Source of the DNA: a virus
Lineage: Duplodnaviria > Caudoviricetes
Virus record (IMG/VR): IMGVR_UViG_3300028603_000034
Location: 11,147-75,146 of that record
DNA length: 64,000 bases
Strand: one strand, 5' to 3'
Shown here one piece after another: positions 1 to 8,077 of this stretch. Made by a program: the position numbers and the translations under genes. The notes beneath the pieces were generated by a model. The model was not told the origin of the DNA, made no database searches, and was given only the letters and a program-made list of their open reading frames with translations. Every line of letters begins with the position of its first letter. Positions within the stretch are counted from its first letter, which is position 1.

Positions 1-257
1 TGGAATAACCTAAGAAATTCTACAAAATCCCTTTTAATAAACCTAATACCAGATAAATATTTTAATTCTTTCTCAACAAATCTCAATGTACATAAATGAT
101 CAATCTCTTTTTCAATTTCTTCCTTGTATGGAAGCAGATCAATATCATTCCTACATTTAAACCTATACTTAACCCAAGTATCTGGAAATTGATGCAATAC
201 AACCTGTAACATAGTCAGTTTATATAAATCCTGATCTAATAACGATCTAATTATCAT
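1..257 (-). CDS. pncB: Nicotinate phosphoribosyltransferase, N-terminal part (runs off window edge; missing from ORF track)
   Basis: Manual translation from ATG at 257: [44 protein letters not shown]...[28 protein letters not shown]. This matches the PncB N-terminal SLLDxDxYKxxM motif; GAGGAG RBS upstream; adjacent to pncA. Confidence 0.9.
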   Translation of the reverse strand, partial: MIIRSLLDQDLYKLTMLQVVLHQFPDTWVKYRFKCRNDIDLLPYKEEIEKEIDHLCTLRFVEKELKYLSGIRFIKRDFVEFLRLF

Positions 258-396
258 ATCATAAACTCCTCATCTGCATTCATATTAATCCTCTTTTTTG
301 ATTAATTGTTTAAGTGTTCCCACATATCATCAATTTGTTTGCAAATATCATTGCTTTCTTAATTAATGCGTTCATTATCAAATCCTTTAAAATTAA

Positions 397-951
397 TTAT
401 ACTAAGAATCTTACGAATCGAACTCCTGCCCTTTTCATTTCATCAATAGCATTTTCTGTAGTAGTATCTTCAACACCCATTATGCCATCAGTAAAAACAT
501 AAGTATCAATGCCTAATTTCCTAAGACCTATTGCGTGTGCCTTTACACAATAATCCGTTGCTACACCAGCAAGATAGACTTCTGTAATTCTGTTTTCTTT
601 CAACCATCTAACAATATCTCGATTACCCAATGTAGGATCAAACACGTCATAACATTTCTTATGAAATACCATTTCGTTTTCTTCGGGGAGTGCTTCTTTA
701 ATATTTTTTTGACCATCAGTATTCATCATACAATGGAATGGAAAAGGACCACCATTTTTAATAAATTCAGGCTCACTTCCATCGTGATTATCTTGAGTAA
801 AGTATACCGTTGTGTTACGTTCTCTACCAAATTTAATAATGTTATTAATCACATTTTTAATCTTATCTGCACCAGGGACGTGCAATTTACCACCAACATT
901 CATAAAATCATTTTGTGTATCAATAATTCCAATTACCGTTCTCATAATCAA
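397..951 (-). CDS. pncA: Nicotinamidase/pyrazinamidase (isochorismatase family)
   Basis: IDTQNDF, TQDNH, FPFHC, KKCYDVF and GVATDYCVKAHA motifs; likely start is the second Met (945) behind AGGAG. Confidence 0.9.
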   Translation of the reverse strand: MIMRTVIGIIDTQNDFMNVGGKLHVPGADKIKNVINNIIKFGRERNTTVYFTQDNHDGSEPEFIKNGGPFPFHCMMNTDGQKNIKEALPEENEMVFHKKCYDVFDPTLGNRDIVRWLKENRITEVYLAGVATDYCVKAHAIGLRKLGIDTYVFTDGIMGVEDTTTENAIDEMKRAGVRFVRFLV

Positions 952-1059
952 TTCTCCTTTTCTTTTTTAACTTCTCTCATATCAACTATTCTTGCCGTAT
1001 CACCAATCCTATAACCATAGTCATTAGGTAATTCTTTATAATCCTCCAAATGGTTACGA

Positions 1060-1067
1060 TATAAATA
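1060..1067 (+). promoter_or_regulatory. T4-type late promoter upstream of HNH gene
   Basis: TATAAATA on + strand about 70 nt before the HNH start; overlaps the divergent early promoter. Confidence 0.45.
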
Positions 1068-1092
1068 TAATTAATGGAACATGTGAAGTCAA
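1064..1092 (-). promoter_or_regulatory. Sigma70-type early promoter (copy 1 of 6)
   Basis: TTGACT-17 nt-TATATT on minus strand with TTCCAT in spacer; points to pncA/pncB. Confidence 0.7.
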
Positions 1093-1135
1093 ATGTTTTT
1101 TGAGAAAAATACTTTAATATATAAATCAAGGAGTT

Positions 1136-1423
1136 ATGATGTTTAAATGTGAGTTTCCTAATTGTGGGTTTCAATCAGAAGATAGATTTTTATATGAATC
1201 CCATCATATTATTCCCGTTTCAATGAATGGTGAAAATAGTCAAAGAAATCGAATACTTGTATGTAGGACTTGTCACGCAAAAATTTTTGTTCCTGGTATT
1301 GAGAAAGGTATTCATTCTACTAATAGTCCCGAAAAAATAATCATATTAGGTTGGAGATTAGGAACAGGGAAACAAAAAATTCTCCACTATAAAAATTATA
1401 ATGGAGAAGAATGTTTTTATTGA
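1136..1423 (+). CDS. Small HNH endonuclease
   Basis: CEFPNC ... HHIIPVSMNGENSQRNRILVCRTCH; AAGGAG RBS; opposite strand to neighbours. Confidence 0.8.
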   Translation: MMFKCEFPNCGFQSEDRFLYESHHIIPVSMNGENSQRNRILVCRTCHAKIFVPGIEKGIHSTNSPEKIIILGWRLGTGKQKILHYKNYNGEECFY

Positions 1424-1671
1424 TTAGTAGTTCTTTCAATTGTTTCTCTATCAATATTAATTTTTAATGCTTCTCTAAAAGATCGATCTAGTGTTATTGG
1501 TTCTGAATTAGGATCATCGGTGTCCATAATATAAATAGGAGTAGGATTATCTAAATATCCTTGGACTTCAGTATCATCAAATGTGAATTTTCTTGATCTT
1601 CTTGGTTGTGTTGTTTCTGCGCCCAGTATAATCATAAACGATAATATTAATATTGATAAAACAAAACCCAT
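1417..1671 (-). CDS. Small protein with hydrophobic N-terminus (start uncertain)
   Basis: ORF track; signal-peptide-like N-terminus, but the ATG lies inside a terminator-like stem. Confidence 0.4.
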   Translation of the reverse strand: MGFVLSILILSFMIILGAETTQPRRSRKFTFDDTEVQGYLDNPTPIYIMDTDDPNSEPITLDRSFREALKINIDRETIERTTNQ

Positions 1672-1697
1672 TCCTAACGGATATATAAGGAATGGGT
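1657..1697 (-). terminator. Rho-independent terminator after endolysin
   Basis: 10-bp stem ACCCATTCCT/AGGAATGGGT with 12-nt loop, followed by TTTTGTTTT on minus strand. Confidence 0.6.
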
Positions 1698-1710
1698 AAA
1701 ATAAAATAAT

Positions 1711-2490
1711 TTAATTAAAATTATCTTTTAAGATTTTTTTTGCTTTTGTATAGAGTTCTTCTCTATGGGGAAGTCCGTTAAATCCCCCATTAATAACTCT
1801 TGTTTGTCCTCTTAGGTCGTCTTGGTCTGCAAATCTGTTGAGGTTGTGTTTGTTCCAAAACCATATCGTAGCGTCTATTATTCCTTTATAGGTTTCTAAA
1901 TATGGGATAACTTCATCTATCGATTTACCTATACTTTTTGCAAATTCTTCATAGTTTGCTCTTCCAGTTAGTTGGATTGCTGATCTGCCTCTAAACTTCC
2001 AACCATCACCAGAATGTTCGTCACCATTACCCATTCTGTTCGCATATGCACGATTAGCTATCCTTTCGGGGTTTCTTGCATAATGATCTACAATATCTAC
2101 AGTAAAATGTCTTGGAAAGACTCTAAGTAAAGCTTCTCTACTATAATTAAGATTTTCAGTAAAGACAGTATACATAGCACTTTCGTGACCTGTTTGAGCA
2201 AGAAAAGACGATACTCTTTCTAGCGTATCAATTTTGTTTTTTCTTAAAGTCTTATTTAATATATCAACAAAAGAAATATCTGCTATTGGAAATAATTTCT
2301 TAAATTGTTCTTCTGTTATTAAAACTTTCTTTTCTTCAATATTACTTTCCTCTGGTTTTTCTTCAATATTACTTTCCTCTGGTTTTTCTTCATCTACCAT
2401 TACAATATCTTCAATAGGTGGATTTGGAATAACATTAGTATATCGCAATAATTTTTTAATAATTTTCATTATCAATTTAAGTATTTCCAT
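1711..2490 (-). CDS. Glycoside hydrolase family 19 endolysin
   Basis: FLAQTGHES, ENLNYS, YANRMGNGDE, FRGRSAIQLTGRANY, RVINGGFNGL motifs of phage GH19 lysins. Confidence 0.9.
   Translation of the reverse strand: MEILKLIMKIIKKLLRYTNVIPNPPIEDIVMVDEEKPEESNIEEKPEESNIEEKKVLITEEQFKKLFPIADISFVDILNKTLRKNKIDTLERVSSFLAQTGHESAMYTVFTENLNYSREALLRVFPRHFTVDIVDHYARNPERIANRAYANRMGNGDEHSGDGWKFRGRSAIQLTGRANYEEFAKSIGKSIDEVIPYLETYKGIIDATIWFWNKHNLNRFADQDDLRGQTRVINGGFNGLPHREELYTKAKKILKDNFN
2331..2392 (-). repeat. 27-bp tandem repeat (about 2.3 copies) encoding EEKPEESNI in lysin N-terminal linker
   Basis: Unit tttcttcaatattactttcctctggtt at 2331-2357 and 2358-2384 plus a partial copy. Confidence 0.9.
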
Positions 2491-2522
2491 TATTATCTCC
2501 TTTGTATGGTTTATGCATACAA

Positions 2523-3155
2523 TTATTCTACTGTGATTAATTGTTTTGCAAACGGTAAAGATTTAATCCAACAACATAAAGTCCTAAACTCTGGTTGTCT
2601 GTGGAATCTTCTATCAAAGAAAATATGACGGAGTGCCTGATAATTTAAATTCAATGTTCTTTCTTGTAGGAATCCCTCTGGTAAATTATCTTTAATCTCC
2701 ATCAATACTTCATTACAAGGATTATATCTATACATCTCAATCTTTTTATTTATAAGATCAATAGTTGATTGTTCTGTATATTTCGCAAAGTCAGTTTTTT
2801 CTAAAATTTTTTTATTAATAGTGTGCATTGTAGAATCTGAAAACATTTCTATATCAGATGGGTCAATATCAATTCTACCAAGTTTATAAGTATCAAAATC
2901 AACCCAAAATCTCCTTGGTGCTTTCAAATCTAACCAAACCCATACCATCCTCATTATCTTTGCGTGTGAATCACCATTCTTAATAAGACCAGATAATAAC
3001 TTAAAATCTTTTTCCCCAAAAGTATAATTAGTATAATCACCAAAACTATCGGATTTATCTTGAGAATTAAAAGAACGTCTAACAGCGTCTATTACTCTAT
3101 GATATCCAAAACATTCGACATTTTTAATTTCTATCATCGATTTCCCCCTCCTCAA
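2523..3155 (-). CDS. ThyX/Thy1-like phage protein
   Basis: NSQDKSDS, GDSHAKIMRM, APRRFWVDFDTYK, STMHTI, LPEGFLQERT...NYQALR pattern of the common phage Thy1-like family; canonical RHRxxS ThyX motif not evident. Confidence 0.6.
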   Translation of the reverse strand: MRRGKSMIEIKNVECFGYHRVIDAVRRSFNSQDKSDSFGDYTNYTFGEKDFKLLSGLIKNGDSHAKIMRMVWVWLDLKAPRRFWVDFDTYKLGRIDIDPSDIEMFSDSTMHTINKKILEKTDFAKYTEQSTIDLINKKIEMYRYNPCNEVLMEIKDNLPEGFLQERTLNLNYQALRHIFFDRRFHRQPEFRTLCCWIKSLPFAKQLITVE

Positions 3156-3224
3156 TTACTAAATGTTTAATTAGATCATCAATCTTTTTCATGTGATCCT
3201 TTTTTATCTTTTCCTCTTTCCATT

Positions 3225-4043
3225 TTAACTCCTAATCAACAATTTAAGTGCAGAAAATAATCTATCCAATCTCAAGAAAGTATCTTTTATTTCTTCCCAA
3301 TTTGAAACATACTTACGCTCTTGATTATTAAATCTAATATATTCTTTTACTTTTGAAAAAGAAAGATTATAAATAATTTTATTATTTGCTTTTTCTATTT
3401 TTACTTTATAATTTATACCCGAAACACGGGTATTGAATCCTAATAAAGTCTTTCTAATTTCATAAGTATCTCCCATTTTTCTAATAGGATAAATATTAAT
3501 ATTAGGAATAGACATTTTATAATCTTGTAAATGATTTTGCAAAGGAATTTTATTTAACGATGATAACATAACGGGATAAGAAATATTATTGTCCACATAT
3601 GATGTTTTCTGAAAACAAGTATCAACTTCTAAAATAAATAGATTAATAGGAATAGATACAATATATCTATGATTGTTATTAAATACATTTGAATAAAGTT
3701 CTAATACATCTTTACATTCTATCCAATACGAATAACCTTCTAACCACAATCTACCATTAGGACTAATAGGAGATAGTTGATTAATTAATTTATATATTTT
3801 ATCATAATTATCAGGACTATTATTTAATATATCAATCAAACAATAATGTTTAATAACAACAGAACTTGGAGCAATTATTCTTCCAATTCTAATCTTAATA
3901 TTATTACTCATATCTTTAGATAATTGTTTATCTTTCTGTATTTGTTCATCTGAAACAAATTCATTGTATTCATATCTTTTTTTTAATTTGGTGATTAAAT
4001 TATCGTGAAACTGTAATAGTTTAGTTTTATATAATAAATTCAT
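3225..4043 (-). CDS. Hypothetical protein
   Basis: 272-aa ORF with AGGAG RBS; a WLEGYSYW segment is weakly reminiscent of heparinase II/III-like proteins, too weak to call. Confidence 0.6.
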   Translation of the reverse strand: MNLLYKTKLLQFHDNLITKLKKRYEYNEFVSDEQIQKDKQLSKDMSNNIKIRIGRIIAPSSVVIKHYCLIDILNNSPDNYDKIYKLINQLSPISPNGRLWLEGYSYWIECKDVLELYSNVFNNNHRYIVSIPINLFILEVDTCFQKTSYVDNNISYPVMLSSLNKIPLQNHLQDYKMSIPNINIYPIRKMGDTYEIRKTLLGFNTRVSGINYKVKIEKANNKIIYNLSFSKVKEYIRFNNQERKYVSNWEEIKDTFLRLDRLFSALKLLIRS

Positions 4044-4195
4044 TACATTATTCTCCTAACATATTAATCATTTTAGAATAAAACTCAACACTATCTGCTA
4101 ATTTCCTATAATCAATCATCTAGTACCATCCTTAAAAACTAATTTTGTAAGATCACTCATTTTCTTTAAATCTTCCATTGTTAAACCGTAAGTTA

Positions 4196-4257
4196 TAGCA
4201 ACGCCTATTCAAACGCCCGAAGCGGTATTTCCGTTTTGGGCTTTGATTGTTGTGTGA
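4196..4257 (-). other. attC-like recombination site
   Basis: TCACACAAC AA TCAAA GCCC AAAA CGG AAATA CCG CTTC GGGC G TTTGA ATAGGC GTT: nested TCAAA/TTTGA, GCCC/GGGC and CGG/CCG stems; spacer lengths are not fully canonical. Confidence 0.6.
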
Positions 4258-4455
4258 TGTACTAATTTAAACCTTTGATAAGGCTCATAACTTCTTTAGC
4301 ACACCAAAAAATAGGTTCCTCTTCTCGAATTTCATCATCCGTCATATCCTCTTCAATCCACGGTTCTGTATCGCCCAAAACACCTTCAAGTGTGTCAAAA
4401 ATAACTTTTAACTTGTCTTTCATCGTAACCTCCTTAAAATTAGTATTTCACACAA
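4202..4455 (-). mobile_element. Integron-type gene cassette (single ORF plus attC-like site) integrated at G|TT
   Basis: Starts G|TTGTGTGA, then RBS AAGGAGG, 53-aa ORF, TCACACAAC inverse core, imperfect palindrome, G|TT; GTTG shared at both junctions. Confidence 0.75.
4262..4423 (-). CDS. Cassette-borne 53-aa acidic protein (not in ORF track)
   Basis: MKDKLKVIFDTLEGVLGDTEPWIEEDMTDDEIREEEPIFWCAKEVMSLIKGLN*; strong AAGGAGGT RBS. Confidence 0.75.
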   Translation of the reverse strand: MKDKLKVIFDTLEGVLGDTEPWIEEDMTDDEIREEEPIFWCAKEVMSLIKGLN

Positions 4456-4583
4456 CTTCCTCAAGAGCACCATATATCTGATAATTCAACAATTTCTAAT
4501 ATTTTACAACCTTGTTTCTTAGCATCATTATATTCAGATATTTCCTCTGAAATATGCGTTTTATGATATCCCAAGTGTTCCTC

Positions 4584-5033
4584 CTACCCAATTCTTTCTT
4601 TTAATAATTTAGACAACACACTTTTATTTAAGATTCTACTATCAGTTTCAGTAATTTCTTTAATTATTTTGCCCATTAATTTCATAGAGACTTCTTCTCC
4701 ATTCCTCTCGATGTATTCATCTAACCAATTAGATAAATCAGATTCAGGAATTTCTTTTGGTGAAACAATGTCAATTAACTTCAATTGATGTTCCAATTCT
4801 AACAATTTATCAGTTTGTTTATTTGATTGTCTAACATATCCCATTTCTTCATTGATTTTCTTTTTTTCTTTTTGAAAAATAGAAATTACAATTTCATCAG
4901 TAGGCGACTCAATTCTCTGTTCCATCACTACATTTTGAATCTGAGCATCTATATATCTAAAAAATGATACGGTTGATTTTTCACCACTTTTCATTGCGTT
5001 ATTAATTGCAGTTTTAATAACAGTATATAACAT
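4584..5033 (-). CDS. GatB/YqeY domain protein
   Basis: INNAMKSGEK N-terminus, QKEKKKINEE, EEVSMKLMGKIIKEI; helical 149-aa YqeY pattern. Confidence 0.75.
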   Translation of the reverse strand: MLYTVIKTAINNAMKSGEKSTVSFFRYIDAQIQNVVMEQRIESPTDEIVISIFQKEKKKINEEMGYVRQSNKQTDKLLELEHQLKLIDIVSPKEIPESDLSNWLDEYIERNGEEVSMKLMGKIIKEITETDSRILNKSVLSKLLKERIG

Positions 5034-5081
5034 ATATCTCTCCTTTAAATATGTTTTTCAATATAACTTCTGTACGAAGGG

Positions 5082-5402
5082 CTATTCGCCCGAGTCAGGT
5101 TGATTAGCTTGTTCGGTGTTTTTGGCACCTTCGATAATTTCAAGCCCAAGTCTTTTATAAAACGAAACCAACTTTTCCAAATCGATGCTGTTCTCCCTTG
5201 GGGTGGCTTCGATTTCAATTCTGCCTTGATAGCCAGTTTTCCTGATTTCGTTTATTACGAATTGTAAATGCTTTCTCGCATGACCTTGTCCCCGGTATTC
5301 CGGCTCAATATACAAATTGAATATCACGGGGTTTTTACCCGGCTCGATAGAATAATAGCAATAACCATATTTATCGTGAAAAAAGTTTTCGCATTCTTCC
5401 AT
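5082..5402 (-). CDS. GNAT-family acetyltransferase, apparently horizontally acquired
   Basis: IFNLYIEPEYRGQGHARKHL (acetyl-CoA motif A) and LVSFYKRLGLE; visibly higher GC than its neighbours. Confidence 0.8.
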   Translation of the reverse strand: MEECENFFHDKYGYCYYSIEPGKNPVIFNLYIEPEYRGQGHARKHLQFVINEIRKTGYQGRIEIEATPRENSIDLEKLVSFYKRLGLEIIEGAKNTEQANQPDSGE

Positions 5403-5887
5403 TCCAAACTCCTATCCAACTGACGTTTCGTTAATAAACCACTTATGTTAGTATGATTAATATAATTAATGTCACAAATAAAATCAAGTTCATAATGAAC
5501 ATATAACAACATTCTCGGATAGTATGTCTTTTATTTTGTTTCCAACTTCCTCCCAAGATAATTCCCCTGCACCACATCCTGGTTTACATATTTTTTCAAT
5601 AAATATTTAAATCTTTATAATACATTCCTTTAGGAATTACGGAAACATCTTTCATTACCAGTCCTCAACATTTGAGCTTGACAATGGTATATTTCAACAT
5701 TAGTTAAGTTTAACTCTTCACCACACCCACATTTAACTTTAACAATACTTTGCCCTCTGTTCACAATCCAATTTAAATTCCATTATAGTTCCTTTAATTT
5801 TTAATTTTCTCATATACGTGGCAGACTTTTCCAGAATCATCATAAATAGGATAATTAACATTATTTCCAAAATTAATATTCATGCTA

Positions 5888-6553
5888 TTACCTATTCTTA
5901 TAGGTTTGTACTAATTTAGCAACTTCGTTCCTAAGACCTCTTTGTGGATGTGAATATAGATTATATCGAAATACATCATATTCACCAAGAATATAATAAT
6001 TTTGATCTACAAATCCAAATTTAAAAACCATTCTTGGAATTTCATTTAATACCGTATTAGTCCATTCTTCTGGTGTTTGATCATTTACCCTCGCTAAAAT
6101 TTCTAATGCTTCGGGATTCTCTTCACAATATAATCTCATAGCATAAAATCCAGCAATAGATTGAAAAGTTTGTAACATTACAGCAGAAAATATTTGAGAA
6201 TGTTCATATAATAATTCATCTCTATTTTGGTGAAACATTTGTTGATTTGCATAAACATTAATAGCTTTTAAATATAAATTAATTTCAATTAACGTATCAT
6301 TAACAACCCCATCCATAATAAAACCTTGATATGAATTATGAAGTCTGCCTCTTTGAACAAGATTGACTATTCGTTTAATAAAATCAAGTCCACCCATTTC
6401 TGTATTCATATATCGTTCTGTACCAGCAACATATATGTGAGAAGTTACATTTTCTCTTTGAGATATCTCTAACTGTTGAGAAAATGATTGTGTAAATAAC
6501 ACTAATGACATAATAAGAACCAAAATAAACTTCATACAAACAACCCCTTTCAA
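5888..6553 (-). CDS. Secreted/membrane-anchored hypothetical protein
   Basis: Signal-peptide-like MKFILVLIMSLVLFTQSFSQQ; likely start at the second Met behind AAAGGGG. Confidence 0.7.
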   Translation of the reverse strand: MKGVVCMKFILVLIMSLVLFTQSFSQQLEISQRENVTSHIYVAGTERYMNTEMGGLDFIKRIVNLVQRGRLHNSYQGFIMDGVVNDTLIEINLYLKAINVYANQQMFHQNRDELLYEHSQIFSAVMLQTFQSIAGFYAMRLYCEENPEALEILARVNDQTPEEWTNTVLNEIPRMVFKFGFVDQNYYILGEYDVFRYNLYSHPQRGLRNEVAKLVQTYKNR

Positions 6554-6600
6554 TTAATGAATAAATTAATTATCTCTTTTACCATAATGAATAACTTTTA
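6504..6600. repeat. 97-bp direct repeat, copy 1 (copy 2 at 9153-9249)
   Basis: Manual alignment gives 6 mismatches in 97 nt; spans the ligase 3' end and the 5' end of the following gene. Confidence 0.9.
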
Positions 6601-6603
6601 TTA

Positions 6604-6812
6604 GTGAACTACCGATAAGCTAAAGACTTGTCGGCTTCCTAGTCAATATTCCTAACGGAACAAGTTTACCTAGGCTATCTTCGTAGTACCTACGATTCTA
6701 TTTCTCAAACCTTCGTTGAGTATGTTTATTGCAACATTTATAATCATCTCCTTTCTAAATTACACATTCATCCACTAGGCTGAAGACCTAGTGGATTTCT
6801 ACTAGTGCACAT
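6604..6812 (-). mobile_element. Non-autonomous IS200/IS605-family derivative (left end, tnpB 3' stub, right end)
   Basis: Left-end hairpin ATCCACTAGG-CTGAAGA-CCTAGTGGAT (6770-6796); RBS then NVAINILNEGLRNRIVGTTKIA* (TnpB C-terminal NAAINIL motif); right-end hairpin CCGATAAG-CTAAAGA-CTTGTCGG ending TTCAC. Confidence 0.8.
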
Positions 6813-6881
6813 TTAAAAACTTTAATATTTCATTTTGTCCCCATTTCTTCAAAATTATATATTTCCTACTTATTCATTACT

Positions 6882-6910
6882 AATATAATATATGGAAATA
6901 TTGAAGTCAA
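6882..6910 (-). promoter_or_regulatory. Sigma70-type early promoter (copy 2)
   Basis: TTGACTtcaatatttccatatatTATATT, 17-nt spacer. Confidence 0.75.
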
Positions 6911-7069
6911 TCATTATTTTTAATAGTTACATCGATTTATCTATTACTTTAAGCTATAAAATTTTAATTTCATAAAAATCTCTATCATTTAATGGCCATT
7001 ATGTGCATCTATTAGATGATTTTCAATTTGTAGATTATGGACTGGGTTATTACAAGTTGTTTGTCTTTT

Positions 7070-8077
7070 TCATTTTTCATTTTTATTCTCCAAAAATATA
7101 TGTGCCAATTGACCACAACATAAGCCCGCTTCTTCACATTTAGCAATAGCATCTATTACTGTTGGAACTCCAATTTTATTAAAGTCGTTTCCTATTTTTT
7201 CTAATTCTTCATAATTAGTATAGTTTGCTAAAGTTTCTAAGTGTTTTGTTTGAGATTTAATTGTATTATTAAGAGGAATTAATTTAACTTTAAATTTATC
7301 ACCAGTTAGTCCCATTTTAGCAAGCTTATTAATATCTATTTCAATTCCTTTCATAACAATAAAATTTAATGTTATTGTTCTGTTTGAAACATCTTTTTTG
7401 TTAATATACGAAACTATTTCTTCAATGGATAAAACATCAGCACCACCAAATAGTTGTTTTCTCATTATTTCATCTGTAGAATTACAAGAAATTTGAAAAT
7501 GAAGAAATCCATCAAAAAAGTTTTCTTTAACGTCTATAATTTTGTCAATAATATCAAATCCATTATTTCCTTCAATCTTTCTTGGAAGTATACTATTAAA
7601 GCATGGCAACCATTTAAAATCTCGATTCATTTCTTTAGATATATTTTTTAGATTTTTCATGGCACCAATAACATTTTTAATATTATGAGCTGGTTCTCCC
7701 ATTCTAGCAAAACCGATTTTAACTTTATTTGACTTTGTAACATAAGGAGTATATTGTAAAATTCTTTTGACTTGCGTTTCTATTTCATCTTGTGTTAAAT
7801 TACCTTTAAATTTTAATTGAGTAACATCACAAAAATGACATTGATGGGCACATCCTTTTTGAGTAGAAACTGTAATTAGCCATTTATCTTCATATGGTTT
7901 TAAATGATTCCAAATAACATGAGGGTCTTGCGAATTACGAACGTCATAATGATTATCGCCTTTTACATTCACATCTCTCATTTCAGTGCATTCTATTGGA
8001 AAACCATCTTCAGTTTCCAATAGAAACACACGACCACTTGGTAAATAAAAAGAATTTTTAAATATCATTTGATCCAC
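7070..8077 (-). CDS. RlmN/Cfr-like radical SAM protein
   Basis: VSTQKGCAHQCHFC (CxxxCxxC), FKGNLTQDEI, RMGEPAHN, VKLIPLN, C-terminal CGQL. Confidence 0.8.
   Translation of the reverse strand: MDQMIFKNSFYLPSGRVFLLETEDGFPIECTEMRDVNVKGDNHYDVRNSQDPHVIWNHLKPYEDKWLITVSTQKGCAHQCHFCDVTQLKFKGNLTQDEIETQVKRILQYTPYVTKSNKVKIGFARMGEPAHNIKNVIGAMKNLKNISKEMNRDFKWLPCFNSILPRKIEGNNGFDIIDKIIDVKENFFDGFLHFQISCNSTDEIMRKQLFGGADVLSIEEIVSYINKKDVSNRTITLNFIVMKGIEIDINKLAKMGLTGDKFKVKLIPLNNTIKSQTKHLETLANYTNYEELEKIGNDFNKIGVPTVIDAIAKCEEAGLCCGQLAHIFLENKNEK

Larger units (their letters stand above)
4116..4574 (-). pseudogene. Small phage gene (possibly MazG-like NTP pyrophosphohydrolase) interrupted by cassette insertion and frameshifted
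   Basis: TTG start at 4574 behind AGGAGG. Reconstructed product: GYHKTHISEEISEYNDAKKQGCKILEIVELSDI(fs)GALEEV|AITYGLTMEDLKKMSDLTKLVFKDGTR*. The halves join in frame when 4202-4455 is removed. ELSD helix suggests the MazG-like fold (inference). Confidence 0.75.

Noticed and set aside
3225-4043. Heparinase II/III-like polysaccharide lyase
   Set aside because: Only one short WLEGYSYW resemblance; not enough without a profile search.
4200-4260. tRNA or terminator interpretation of the GC-rich palindrome
   Set aside because: No cloverleaf, T-loop or CCA, and no U-tract; the cassette-boundary evidence explains it better.
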